From Octopus vulgaris (lineage: Eukaryota), in contig OX597815.1 of NCBI GenBank assembly GCA_951406725.2, positions 50,592,001 through 50,656,000 of the forward strand: a stretch of DNA of 64,000 bases, written 5' to 3'. Positions 1 to 12,962 of this stretch are shown piece after piece. The notes below the pieces were generated by a model. That model ran no database searches. It was not told the DNA's origin and was given only the letters and a program-made list of their open reading frames with translations. Positions within the stretch are counted from its first letter, which is position 1; every line of letters starts with the position of its first letter. The position numbers and the translations under genes were made by a program.

Positions 1-28
1 ATATATATATATATATATATATATATAC

Positions 29-161
29 ATGCTACCAGAGTTAACTTTGCCTTTCATTCTTTTAGAGTCAATATAACAGGTATCAGTTGAATACTGATAT
101 CGATGTAATTGACTTATCCCCTCTCCCGAAATTGCTGGCTTTGTGCTAACATTTCAAACCA
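29..161 (+). mobile_element. SINE family A fragment (tRNA-derived head remnant plus core GTCGACTTTGCCTTTCATCCTTTCGGGGTCGAT-like)
   Basis: Matches the repeat core seen more than 10 times in the window; follows a (TA)n tract. Confidence 0.8.
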
Positions 162-169
162 ATATATAT

Positions 170-430
170 ATATGTATGTATTTATGTATGTTTGTGCGTG
201 TGTGAGAGACAGAGGGAGAGACAGAGGGAGAGAGAGAGTGAGTGTGTGTGTGTGTGTGTGTCTTTGGGTTTTTATTTATTCCTTTACTACTTGACAACTA
301 GAGTTAGTTTGTTAACATTTCCGTAAATTAGCAGTTCAGCAAGGGAGAGTGATAGAATAGGTACAAGAATTGAAAATATGCACTAGGATCTAATGACAGA
401 ACAAAGTAGAATAAAATATAAAAGATAAAA
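170..430 (+). mobile_element. SINE family B, old 3' half with internal (TG)/(GA) microsatellite
   Basis: Degenerate ...ttgacaac...gtaa.ttagcagttcagcaa...gatagaatag.tac matches the family B body. Confidence 0.6.
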
Positions 431-954
431 CTGTGGAAGAGAAATAAACTAGGATGCCTTAAATAACTTACATAGTGTCTTTTATCATTAGCCAACAACA
501 AAGCTTCCATATGTCTTGTTTGTTTGTTTTTGATCTTTTAGACAAGTGGAAAGGCATTACCTATAACCTTTTATAGAATTCTTGAGATTGATAGAAGGTA
601 GGAAGAAGGTATCCACAGACTGGAGATCTGACCAGTAAATGCTTATAACAGATTTATCTTTCCTAATGGTACCCAAGGCTCCAGGTAGTGGTGCTAAACC
701 AGGCAACAAATTTAAATCTACCAATTTTGTAGGCTATGGTATAGAAAGCCAGAACGAATGCAACAAGGTATCTGATATACCAGTCTACTATCCTAAATTG
801 GAACTATATTAGTGACCCTGAAATGATGAATGGTAAAGGTTGGCCTCGGTGAGACTTGAACCGAGAAGATAGATGGTGGGAACAAATGCTACAAGACAAT
901 TCATGTAATGCTTTAATGAGTTTGTGAACTCACCACCCTCATCTTGCCAAAGAA

Positions 955-1130
955 GAAAAAGTTAAATTTTCCTCAAATCATATTCTGTCATCTTGGTAAG
1001 AAATACCTACTGGATGTTGTGGTCCTTCATAAAATGTGCTTGGAGAGAAATGAGGTTATTAATGGCTGGAATGTCTGTTATCATATGTCTGCTCAATCAG
1101 AGCTAACCTTTGGCTGAACATTTACAACAA
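955..1130 (+). mobile_element. Old SINE-like family F fragment
   Basis: ...ctcaaatca...ggctggaatg.ct.t.atcat..gtctgctcaatcagagctaacct..ggct.aaca matches copies at 10870-11015 and 33170-33390. Confidence 0.5.
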
Positions 1131-2518
1131 TTACATCAAATCGATGTCTTCAAGTGTTACACCAATAAATTCCCTGTAGCAAGGTTAAACCTCTGGCATA
1201 AAGAACAATACTCAGAATTTCAGATGTGAAATTTAGTTTGAGATTAATGTTTTACCTTATTACTAGTAAAATGTAAAATGATACCAGTAATATACTTGAT
1301 ATAAATACATAATTAATTAAATTCAGGTGACATGAGTGGAAAATTTACCACTTTCCACTCATGCCACATGAGTATAACTCATTTATATACTTGCATGAGT
1401 AGAATTCTTATGAGTATAATTGACATCATTGGCAAAGTTTACCCAAAATATATCATGAAATTTATATATATTTTATGAAATATATTTATAAACCCTAAAT
1501 AATAATTTATCAAATTATCAAAATATTTTTCTGGTTATTTTCTAAGAGAATAACTCAAACATTATCTTTTCAAGTCCTGTCATGCCTCAGAGACATTAAC
1601 ATTCACTGATTTATCTTAAATCTAACACAATAGTGCAAGCTGAAATAGTTTTTCTTTGTTATCCATATGTGCAATATTAAGTATCTGGTATTGTTCAAAT
1701 GATCTGATAAAACAGTGCATAAATGATAGTACTCAATAAAATACAATAAAATATAATATGATATAATATAGAATGTATATAATATTATACTATAATTCAG
1801 ATAGGTTATTTATATTGTCAAGTGTAAAAGGGATCTGAGCTTTCAGCAACATCCTTTCAACTGAAGGTGATATTTTTTTCAGCTGATATTTATATTGTCA
1901 TATTTCAATGTACTAAAATAGGCTGTATTTAAAAAACGGTCAACCATGCAATATTATACCAAGCTGAACTATATTATAGCTCTGCTAATAATTGAATTGT
2001 TGCATCTTCTTAACAATCATATGTCTACTAAGTAGGTTCTTTCAGTGAAAAGTCCATAGTCCAATGTCCTTTAGTTTTCAAGGAACTGGAAGTATGAACT
2101 GTCATACTCCTAAGTAATTTCTGAAAAAGTGGTAAGTGGAAGTTAAAATGATTTTAAAAAAAACCATTTTACCAAATTTCGTGATATTCAGGAATAAACT
2201 GTTCATGAATATTATAAAATTTGGTGAAATTTTGCAGGCTTGTTCTTCTGGATTTTGAATTCTGACACTGCATGAAAGCATCAATCGTTTTTGTTTTGTT
2301 TTTTTGTTTTTTTTTTTTCAGCTCTCACATTCAGAATGACAGCATACATATTATGATTATAGACAAATCGAAAAATATTAAAATTTTCACTCCAGATCTG
2401 TGGTAAACCATCATTTGTAGTGCTGGACCAAGCTGTGATTTTTGTCATCACAAAACTTTCCTATGACACTACAAAAAAGAAGGTATGAGTCAAAATATCA
2501 AAGTCATAACCTATAAAA

Positions 2519-2776
2519 AATTTTTTTTTCTACTCTAGGCACAAGGCCCAAAATTTTGGGAGAGGGGGCCAGTCGATTACATTGACCTCAGTACACAACT
2601 GGGGTCGATTACATCGACCCCAGTTGATTACATTGGGGTCGCCCCCCCCCCACCCCCGAAAGGATGAAAGGCAAAGTTGACCTCAGCAGAATTTGAACTC
2701 AGAACATATAGACAGACGAAATATTGCTAAGCATTTCACCCAGCATGCTAATGTTTCTGCTAGATTGCTGCCTTAC
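2519..2776 (-). mobile_element. SINE family A, near full length
   Basis: Minus-strand B box GAGTTCAAATTC followed by the family core; target-site duplication AACCTATAAAA at 2508-2518 and 2777-2787. Confidence 0.85.
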
Positions 2777-3519
2777 AACCTATAAAACTTATGACGGAAC
2801 TGTAACTTGACAAGTAAATTTATTTTGATAGAACCAAGAAAACAAGACACCAGAGTAATGAAGAAGGCAAAGAAAATAGTTTTACAGCAACTGGTCAGAT
2901 TAGAATTTCAAAAGTGATGAAAAGAGATCTTGTAGCACCTTGGCAAAAGCTACCATATTTTCTACAAAGTTGGTGGTAAACATGCAAGCTATAGAAACTA
3001 TAGTCCTAAAATCATATAACCTGATATTTTTTTCAATGAATTGGAATTGCACCTTAATTAGATTTAACTATTGTGTAACTTGATATATACAATATTTTAT
3101 ACACTGAAATAGTTGTATGTGGATTTTGAAAATCACAGTTCAGGTAAGAGCAGTGACCCTAAATGAAAACTAATTCAGCATTGAGGAAATACTTCAACCC
3201 TGTTAGACAAGGGCCTCCAGCAAACAGAAGTAAAAAACACACTAAAAATCCATGATGAAAATCTCTATATAAAAATGCTTGCATACACAGAGCTCCATAT
3301 GATTTAAAATATATATGATGCTAGTGATGAGTACTGACACACGCACACATTAGGAGTGAATAGACAAACGAAAGAAAGTGGTACTCAACACATTTGGCAG
3401 AGTTACATTTATTTTTAATAATTGTTTGATTTAGCTCCGTATGACTTAAAGTTTTCCAGGCATGTAGGACAATACAATCTCTTCAGATATGGTTGACTCA
3501 AACTGTAATTAAGATATAT

Positions 3520-3727
3520 CAACAAGCTCACAGAGTCGTTACTGGGAAAAAATACTTAGCGTTATTCCTTCAGATTTCATGTTCTGCATTCAAATGCTAC
3601 CAGAGTTAATTTTGCCTTTCATTCTTTCATGGTCAATATAATAGGTATCAGTTGAATACTGGGATCTATGCAATTGACTTATCCCCGCTCCCGAAATTGC
3701 TGGCTTTGTGCTAACATTTGAAACCAT
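3520..3727 (+). mobile_element. SINE family A
   Basis: Degenerate head plus family core. Confidence 0.75.
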
Positions 3728-3806
3728 GGCCTGGTGCAGCCTTCGAGCTTGCCAGACCCCAGTTGAACTGTCCAACCCATGCTAGCATGGAAAGCGGACG
3801 TTAAAC

Positions 3807-3838
<32 letters not shown>
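3728..3838 (+). mobile_element. SINE family C 3' end with (GAT)n tail
   Basis: ...tccaacccatgctagcatggaaagcggacgttaaacgatgatgat shared with 32320-32588, 44400-44815 and others. Confidence 0.8.
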
Positions 3839-6387
3839 GTAGTGGTACAACAAGGCACCAATGTTTACTGGAAATGGTAGTCGATGCATTTATGACACTA
3901 TAGTAAAGGTTCAATGTATATATATACTGGCAAAGATGTGTGAGGGCAGTAAACATGAAAAATTTTGTCTTACCTCTAGGGTAAGATAAATGGACAACCC
4001 AGAATCAGATAATCCAGTACCTAGGTTTTGGACACATCAAATACGTTTGTCATTGTAAATTTCATTAGTCTTCATCAGCTGGATTTACCTGGATAATATT
4101 TCAAATGTTGCTACATCAATGCCAGTAAACTCACCTGCGAGTGGTATTATTGTGTGTGTGTGTGTGTGTGTGTATGTGTGTGTGTTTGTATGCATGATGT
4201 TGTTTATGTTTTTCAAATTATGAATTACTTTTATCTTGGATAAAATGTTAAGTTGCCTTTTGGTTAAGAAGAAAATGAACTCCTTTAATTCTCAAAATTT
4301 ATCTAAGTTTCCAGAAGTGCAGAACTGGTGGTCATACTTAACTATTCTTGTAAGTGCAAAATCACACAACCTGAAATAACCACCACGAGAGGGATACCTG
4401 TGTGTGTATATGTGTGTGTGTGTGGTGTGGTTGGAGGGTGTATGTATATATATATATATATATAATAATTTATGTATATATATATAGTTCACATTTACAG
4501 AAAACAAAAGACGAAGGCAGGTAAGAGAACAACATACTGGATTTATGGATGGAGCGTTCGTATAAATCACACGTGTATAGTCCCATGTTAAGAAAATAAA
4601 CATCCAACTTTTTAGCATTTAAACTTTTGAACATAAACATATAATGCACAACACTGCATAAGGTTTTCTGATTTTGCTAACAGACCAAAACATAATTAAC
4701 TGTCCACTGAATCTGAGAATTTTTTTTAAATGTTTAATAGACCTCGGTTTCCTTATGTGTAGGTTTCCTTCTCTGTATTCTTTATTCTAATTTGACAATA
4801 AATTAAGATATAAATTTTGTAAATTCTTGTTGTTTGAAATGACCTCTCTATTTCTACTGCAATATAATTTGCTTTATAAATCAGAAATCTCATTGAAAAT
4901 TAATAAAAGCCAATATTTATTATTTTATTGTTTGAAATGTTATAAAAAATTTAGTTTCTTAGAACTAAGTTAAACAAAAAAAAAATTAAATATAGAAATG
5001 ATACAAATGTCCAAAGACAGCAATTTGCACAAATGAAAAAAATCTTCAAATTATTATCAAAAAGGTTTTAATTTGATGGTATTAATTTGAAAGACATTAA
5101 TTTATCTGATTTCGTAATGATAAATCATAAACTGAAAAACAGAATGGAACAAAATAAATGAACAGCAGAATAAAAACTACTATAAGCAGACTAATAGCTT
5201 TCCAAAACTATAAGGTGTTTAGACTTCATATGAAGAGAAAAACTGATCACTTAAGAGTAGATTCTGCATGCTTGTGAATATGAAGTATGAAAATCTACAT
5301 AAAGCTAACCACATGATAGATAATGTGACATAAAGCAAAAGATGAGATTAAATATAACATTTTTGTAAAAGTAACAGAGATTTGACAGATATCAACTATA
5401 CTTAGTTCATCATATAAAAAGTAGAAAAATGAAATAAATCTCATTAATAACAAAGCAAGCATTGATATCAATAGGGTAAGCATTAGACTAAGGTTGGGCA
5501 AGTTTTGAACATGAGGGAAATTCTTTCCAAATAGAAGAAGTGAATAGACAAAATATATATTAAATAATACAGATAAAAAAAATATTAAAAACTTCGAAAA
5601 GAGTTTCCAAAAAGAAAGAAATAGAATATTGTACATCAACAGATAAGATTAAAAAAAAAGTATGATTGCTTTGCTCTTCTAGCAGATAAAAAAAAATGCA
5701 TGGATCTGCCTGTTCTTAAAAATCATCTATCATGAATGGGGGAAACAAGAAAACAATAAAATTTTCATAAATAAACTAGACTATAACAACTAAGAACAAC
5801 AGTTTGCATTTGGATAGTGGTAGTCTTTCTCCCTTGTTCTGGCTGTGAGGTCAATTGCCAAAGTTAATGTTGATTGTATTTTCAAAAGGCTTTCTTAGTA
5901 GATTGATTTTCATCCAATGTACATCAGAACAGTCAGCATTTTTTTTCATTTTTTTATGCACAAAACCATGAGCACAAAGAGAAAACGAGGTTTAAAAAGA
6001 TTAAAGAAAATGCTTTCCACTTTCTTTTCAGATATTACCCTAAGAGAAGGCAAACTAAAACAAAACAAAAAAATATTAAAAATGTAAAAAATGTAAACGT
6101 TAGCCAAAAGAAAAAACTTTCCTCAGTGATGACATTTCTTGTCAATTCTTTTCATACATGTATCCATCTTGTCATACCTCACTTCTCCAGTCTCACATAG
6201 AAAATTGTTACATCAGGGACGGAACAAAGAATTCCTTCAATTTTTCCTCTCTAACGACATTTTATGGTATTAATGATGTTGTATCTACCTTCAATTGGAG
6301 TTAAAAGCTTTCTCTTGGTTATCTTTTAGGGGGTTCTTTTATGTATGTATGTATGTATGTATGTATGTATGTATGTATGTATGTATG

Positions 6388-6419
<32 letters not shown>

Positions 6420-6975
6420 TGTATATATATGTACATATATACAAATATATAATTGTTTTGTTTTGTTTTTTTACAAATAAGATATTAATAATGAAAATAG
6501 TAATTAAAATAAGAAGATAGCAAAATAACTAAATGAATTTATATCATCAAATGTTTAATATCAAAACATCAAATATTTAGCCAGGCTAAATTGATGGTCT
6601 TAAGAAAATAGATATTTATTAGAAAGTATACGCTAATTCCTATATTGTTCTTTGTTGAATGTTCCTTTATTTTGAGAGACTTGGAAATGAAACATCATGA
6701 CATTCATCCTTTTCTAACTAAAGAAAATTAAAATCAATTTACAGCACTCACACTCTAGGATCAAATTTTTATTCTTACTAATTCTGTAATAAATTCAGCA
6801 ATTGTTAAAATGAAACAAATATTTGCTTTTCTTGTTAAAATTTTCTATACTTTTTAAGTGCAAGATTTCAATTTGCATTCCTCATTTTATGATTACTGCA
6901 CCTTGATACAAAAATAAATTTTCCTATTATCAAAGACATTGCTACTTTGTTTTTTTTTTTTCTGTCAATACTCAC

Positions 6976-7026
6976 CTTTTCCAAGCCATTCTTATACCTT
7001 GTTTATGAGAGGAACCTTTTGCTGTA
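6976..7026 (-). other. Candidate orphan 51-nt exon
   Basis: TTTAG acceptor, AAG/GTGAGT donor, one open frame TAKGSSHKQGIRMAWK. Confidence 0.2.
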
Positions 7027-7164
7027 CTAAATAGAATCTTCCAACAAAAGCTTAACTACTAGATTGAGTTCTATGTTTTGAGTTTTGACTTAAGTGATAA
7101 TTAAATTTCTTTATTCATAACATTATTTCATTCTAGAACATTCTTATATCATCGTGAAAATAGT

Positions 7165-7182
7165 ATTATTATTATTATCATC

Positions 7183-7229
<47 letters not shown>

Positions 7230-7265
7230 TATCATCATCATCATCATCATCAACATCATCATCGT
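7165..7265. repeat. (ATT)n/(CAT)n microsatellite
   Basis: Direct reading. Confidence 0.95.
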
Positions 7266-7266
7266 C

Positions 7267-7860
7267 ATTGAGTGAGATAGAACATGCCATCAAAGTGACA
7301 CTGGGGTAAAATATACAAAGCCCATGACTACTCATCTGATAAGGGTACACCATGACTACTTATCATGACTACTCATCTGATAAGGGTACACCAGGTACAT
7401 GCATCACAACCATATATACGCAACACAGTGATTTCATATCAAGATAAACAGTGCATGACCTTGCAGGTGGGGTCCAGTTAGAATTTTCTTCAGGTTGAGT
7501 AGCCCATCCTGCTCAAAATGTCCCTGAATGAGGGTTGTTTAAGGATGATGTACAAAACAACCATGTTTCCAGCGGTGAATTATTCAAACCACAGAGAATT
7601 CCTCTCAACACATGGCTATGATGCTCCTCCACTACTTCTGTTTGTGATCAGAGATGCACATATCGTCAGCCACCAAGAGACACGCTCAACTGGTTAAAGT
7701 CAAACAACTGACAAGCAAATCTGTGGTAATGAGCAGAATACTTGCTGTAGCCCATCTTTTACACCAAGGCAAAACAATGTAGATGATAACACTTCCAATT
7801 AGTGCTTCTGATTATTCAGAAGCTATGAGATTCAGTGCCTGGTACTGCATCAGGGCATTT
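7267..7860 (-). mobile_element. ~590-bp non-autonomous repeat, family D
   Basis: Collinear second copy at 49362-49925; no ORF; (TAA)n-type tract at its right edge; internal tandem duplication of catgactactcatctgataagggtacacc. Strand is inferred. Confidence 0.8.
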
Positions 7861-7906
7861 ATTACTATTATTATTATCATTATTATCATCATCATCATCA
7901 TCATCA

Positions 7907-7964
<58 letters not shown>

Positions 7965-7990
7965 CATTATTATTATTATTATTATTATTA
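7861..7990. repeat. (ATT)n microsatellite, including the LINE tail
   Basis: Direct reading. Confidence 0.95.
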
Positions 7991-9210
7991 TATGAAAACT
8001 CACAGCTTATTTTGTTAGGTATGATGGAAAGTGTCAGCTGTCCACAGCCAACAGACTAATGTGACACTTGTTTACTGGTCATGCTTCAAGAACCCTGCAA
8101 AGAATTCTTGTAGTTCCAAGCAACGTTGAATTTTATAGGTGTTCTACCTTCACACTTGCACCAAACTTTTTCAGTCATGTTGGTAGTTGAGTGCTGATAC
8201 TTCCAAGTGCAACAAATACTATTGGTATCATGTCTACCCACATCATTGACCACAATCTTCGTATTTTCCTCCTCAAATCATCATAGCTGTTTATTTTTCG
8301 TCTTCTTTCACTTTGAGCCTGTTGTCACCAGGGCATGCTATGTCGATTATCATACATGTTCTTTCTTTTTTAATCACCACAACAATGTCTGGTCAGTTGA
8401 TTACACTAGGTCATTGCATCCCACAGGATTATGCAGTTCTCCTTTTCAGTGACTCCTTCTGGAATTTGCTCATACCATGTCTTTGCTCTTTGTAGGCCAT
8501 GATTTCCACAGAGCTCCCAACGTATCATTCTTACCACATTGTCATGGTGTCTTTTGTATTCGTGTTGTGCCATTTTCAGGAATTCACTATGTGCCATACT
8601 GTTTTGCCTCTCTCACTACACATTCTGCATTTGTCATTATCAGTAGTGTTGTCTATTCTGCACTTCATATAGTTGGTCCTTAATGCTTGTTCTTTAGCTG
8701 CACATATGAGTGCTTCTGTCTCTATCTTCAGGTCACTCTGCCTCATCCATTGCCACTGGTCCTCTGTATCTGTCTTGGTGTTCACATCTCTTGCAAACTG
8801 ACCATACATTTTCTTCTCCTTCCATGCTTTTTCTTTCTTGTTTTTTTTTTGTTCATTTCTTGTTTAAATTTTTCTTTCATTACACAATTTTCAGTTTTGA
8901 TGACACCAGCCATCTTCATGTGTTTAAACAGTGGCTCCCTGGCATTTTTTATATACCCCTCTAGGCTATTTTCCTCTGCCTTTTTCAGTCCTGGCAACTG
9001 ATCAAACCTCTCCCGCACTTTCTTGTGGACAAGTACAGCCTATTGGTGTCACTCATAGGGTGGAAGGCTCTATGTACTCTCAACATTTTTCTGGTCTTAT
9101 TATCCATTTTCTTCACTTTTCTCTTTTGCCATTTTATAATTCCCACTCCATAACAAAGTGATGCTATCACCTATGTATCAACTGCTTGGATTTTATTCCA
9201 TCCAATCAAT
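7991..9210 (-). mobile_element. 5'-truncated R4/Dong-clade non-LTR retrotransposon (RT thumb, zinc knuckle, restriction-like endonuclease), frameshifted
   Basis: Fragments RLYLSTRKCGRGL, MYGQF...ETEALICAAKEQALRTNY, CRMC...HIV, EYKRHHDNV, ILWD, PDIVV...IIDIACP and LLGTTRIL; 3' end runs into (TAA)n. Confidence 0.9.
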
Positions 9211-9212
9211 TT

Positions 9213-9245
9213 TATTATTATTATTGTTGTTGTTGTTGTTGTTAA

Positions 9246-9341
<96 letters not shown>

Positions 9342-9343
9342 CA
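9213..9343. repeat. (ATT)n/(GTT)n microsatellite
   Basis: Direct reading. Confidence 0.95.
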
Positions 9344-10014
9344 TAAATATTATTTCAGTTTCATTTATTTCAACACTCATCAAAATTTAAAATCCAGCCT
9401 AGACCTACGAAATGGCTTTGAATATTACTTTCCCTGCCATTAGATCCTCAATCTATATTTTCTCCCTATTTTCTGTATTACTACAACATGAATGCTATCA
9501 GTAACCAAAAAAAAGTTACACTATCAAAGAATAATTTCAATAGGAAAAAAAACAACCTTTTGCAAAATACCCAAATAAATTACATGCTTGGAAGATATTC
9601 AGCCTTTTGTTCAGTTATTGTTTCATAATGTCAATAAAATTTCTTGTAAAGAAGTGAAATAACCAATTTACTTAGTGTGATGCACAAACTGAACCTAAAT
9701 AATAACGCGTTAACTTTTAACCAAATAGGTTCTGTACCAAACATTGCTTCACAAATGAGGCGAAAACTAGAAGATGTGTAAAATTCTAATGTTTTCAGAT
9801 GTGAAAATTTCCATTGAAATGAATGCAACATTAACAAAAGGTGAACATTTTAAATCTGAATTTATCTATGTAGAAGAAAAGCTGAAAAATTTATTATACA
9901 AAAAGTTTTATTGTATTAAATTCTAATATATACACATATAATAAAGCAACATAGATATTCAAAGTAATTTATTTATTCATTTAAATCTAAATGTTATAAA
10001 CTACTGGAATATTT

Positions 10015-10270
10015 CACTGAAAAATGTAGACAAGTTTTGTTACCTAGGTGACCTAAAGAGTGTTGGGGTGAAGCCTTAACATTCTTTAATATGACATCAG
10101 AAGAATACACGTGATTGGAAGAAACTGAGGGAATTTTTCAGTTAACAAAGAGCTTCTATTTCCATTAAATGTATAATTTCTTCATTAGAAATATGAGGTT
10201 GTCTGTCTGTGAACCGTGGATAGTGAAGAAGAACCATTACAAGGTAATACTGCTGTGGATAGAAAACAAC
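10015..10270 (+). mobile_element. Degenerate RTE-clade LINE RT fragment
   Basis: aatgtagacaagttttgttacctaggtgac translates NVDKFCYLGD (FxYLG motif). Confidence 0.55.
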
Positions 10271-10365
10271 AGGTTAAACATACAAAGAAAACTTGATTGT
10301 AAAGTTGATAAGACTGCAACATATAAAAAAGTTTTGATGTTTAGGTAAAAGGTGACACTGTTGAT

Positions 10366-10500
10366 CTATACATATGTACGTATATACACATACATACATA
10401 AATACATACATACACACATACATACACATACATAGATACATGCATACATACATATATACATACCTACATACATACATACATACATACATACATACATACA

Positions 10501-10534
<34 letters not shown>

Positions 10535-10562
10535 CACATACATATATATGTATGTGTATATG

Positions 10563-10594
<32 letters not shown>

Positions 10595-10628
10595 CACACA
10601 CACATGTATAAACACATGCACACACATA
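10366..10628. repeat. (TACA)n/(TA)n compound microsatellite
   Basis: Direct reading. Confidence 0.95.
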
Positions 10629-11024
10629 AAAATAAATGTGTTTCTCAATGTTTTGGGCTTGTTTAATTAGTTAGAGGAGGAAGGAGGTTTATGAGTTTCT
10701 GTTATGGCACCACAGAAACCATTGATATTGTAAATATGAAAAAAAATTGATAGAAATAGCCAATAATACTACTAATATTTAGATAAATTTATCAAATTTA
10801 TTTTGTTTATCATCAATAAGTAACTTAACAAAAATACACTAGTGTGGTGACAAGTATTCTTGTTACTACAAAAAAATCCAACCTACAAAAATGCAGGACA
10901 CTTTTGGTAATGTAGAACTGAACTTGTTGCTTGAAAATATGATGGGATAGTCAAGGCTGGAGTGCCTTTATAATATGTTTGCTTAAAGAGTGTTGTTCTA
11001 GAGTTGGACAATGACAACTTCTCA

Positions 11025-11238
11025 TAATGGTTTCAAATTTTGGCACAAGGCCAGTTATTTTGTGGGAGGGTGTAAATCAATTACATCAACCCCAGTGCTC
11101 AACATGAACTTATTTTATCAACAAGGATGAAAGACAAAGTCAGCTTCAACAGAATTTTGATTCAGAAGGTAAAAATAGACGAAATACGGTTAAGCATTTG
11201 GTCTGGCATGCTCATGATTATGCCAGCTCACTGCCTTA
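11025..11238 (-). mobile_element. SINE family A
   Basis: Family core; TSD ACAACTTCTCA at 11014-11024 and 11239-11249. Confidence 0.8.
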
Positions 11239-11302
11239 ACAACTTCTCAAAGTAAGAGATATTGTTATTGCTTGAGAAATAAAGATAATAGAAAGGCAAA
11301 TA

Positions 11303-12204
11303 CGAGGGAGTACCCAAAAGAAACTAGAATTTTGCAATATTAGTTCATTTACTTAGTTTTACATCTTTACACTTTTACTACCTTCAAAGTATTCTTCATT
11401 TGAAGCACTGCATTGGTCCAGACACATTTTCCACTGTTTGAAGCAATCCTGGAACTCTTGCAAAGTAATACCTTTTAATGCTTCCGTTGGTTTTTTCGTC
11501 ACCTATTCCACATTTGCAAATTCCATAGCACCAACTTTCATCACCAGTGATGACCTTTAGAAAAAGGTCTGGATCAACTTCCAACTGTTCTTTCAGTTCA
11601 TGACATGCATTCAGCTTTTGATTTCTATGAGCAAGCAAGGCACAAATTTTGCTGCAATTCTTTTCATTCACAATTCCTCACTCAAAATTCGTTGGCAGGA
11701 GTTCCAAAACACACTAATCATATCAACAAGTTCATCAGTTGTTCAGCGACAGTCCTCCAAGATCAGTTCATGAATTTTCATGATGCTTTCATTCATTCAG
11801 GAGGTCAACAGTCACCCTGAATGAGGTGGGACTTCAAGTGACAAGAAACCATTCCTAAAGTGTGAAAATCACTTGTAAACTTGTATTTTGCTTGTGGTGA
11901 TGTCATTGTAAGCTACTTGAAGCATAGCAACTGTCTTAGCTGCCGTTTTCCCCAGCAGTAAACAGAATTTCATGGAAGCACACTGTTCCTTTGTTTCAAC
12001 CATTACAAAAAAACAAAAAAACAAACAAGAGAGAAGCACTATAAAACAAAGATGCACTACATGGCAGTATGACTTCACTCAATGCTGCCAGTTGGCTGAC
12101 TGATGCCTGAGGGTCGCATCAAGTAGATTCTACTGGCAGAAATCTGAACTACAACGGTCTTGTACCACAGAGAACGTTTCTGGTTACTTTTGGGTACCTT
12201 GTCA
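11303..12204 (-). mobile_element. Internally deleted mariner (DD34D-type) transposon
   Basis: ~28-bp imperfect TIRs (cgagggagtacccaaaagaaactagaa / ttctggttacttttgggtaccttgtca) flanked by TA; translated KFCLLLGKTAAKTVAML, KVITGDESWCYG and C-terminal CFKQW...EEYFEG. Confidence 0.9.
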
Positions 12205-12749
12205 TACACCTGTTTATAACAAAAGGTCGAATTTGAATATTAATTAATTGCTTTGGAATTATTAACAATAATTTCAATTTTGACATATAAATTCATAAAA
12301 CTGAATCTCTGAAGAAAAGTGATCATATTGTAGGCCTAAGCAAATGAGTGAGATCAATACAATATCTACAGGACAAATATGAACAGAAAGAAAATTTCAG
12401 AAGGCTGCAGTTGTAAAGAAAATGATTGATCAAAGTAATTACTGCAGGATTTGAGTGGTGATGTATAATGAAAGTAACGATAGAGTATACTGGGTGGCCT
12501 TGTATGAATAAGTTTTACAGTTAGCTATTTCAGAGATGCACAGGTTATTAAAGGTAGAGAGAAGAAACAATGATTGATCAAAGTTTGTAACATCTTAGCC
12601 TGTAGATGTGTTTGTAGCTTATGCATATATGGCTGTATTATACTAGTTAACCCATAGTTTTAGTATGTTAGTAAACTTGTGTTTGTAGTATGTTATTAAT
12701 CCAGTGGTTGTCATATATTAGTTACTTTGTGGCCTTAATATGTTAGTGA

Positions 12750-12962
12750 GCTTTAAAGGTGACCAACAGGCAGAATTGTTAGCGCTCCAAGCTCAGTGGC
12801 ATTTCGTCCATCTTCACATTCTGAGTTCTAATTCTACCAAGGCCAACTCTGCCTGTCATCCTTTCAGGATCGATAAAATAAGTACCAGCTGAGTACTGGG
12901 GTTGATGTAATCAAATTAACCCATCTCTCAGAATTGCTGGCCTTTTGCCAAAATTTCAAATC
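12750..12962 (+). mobile_element. SINE family A
   Basis: Head and core present; flanking AATATGTTAG duplication. Confidence 0.8.

Noticed and set aside
5295-5639. 114-aa hydrophobic ORF resembling a membrane or mitochondrial protein
   Set aside because: Explained by T-rich strand bias; no recognisable motif
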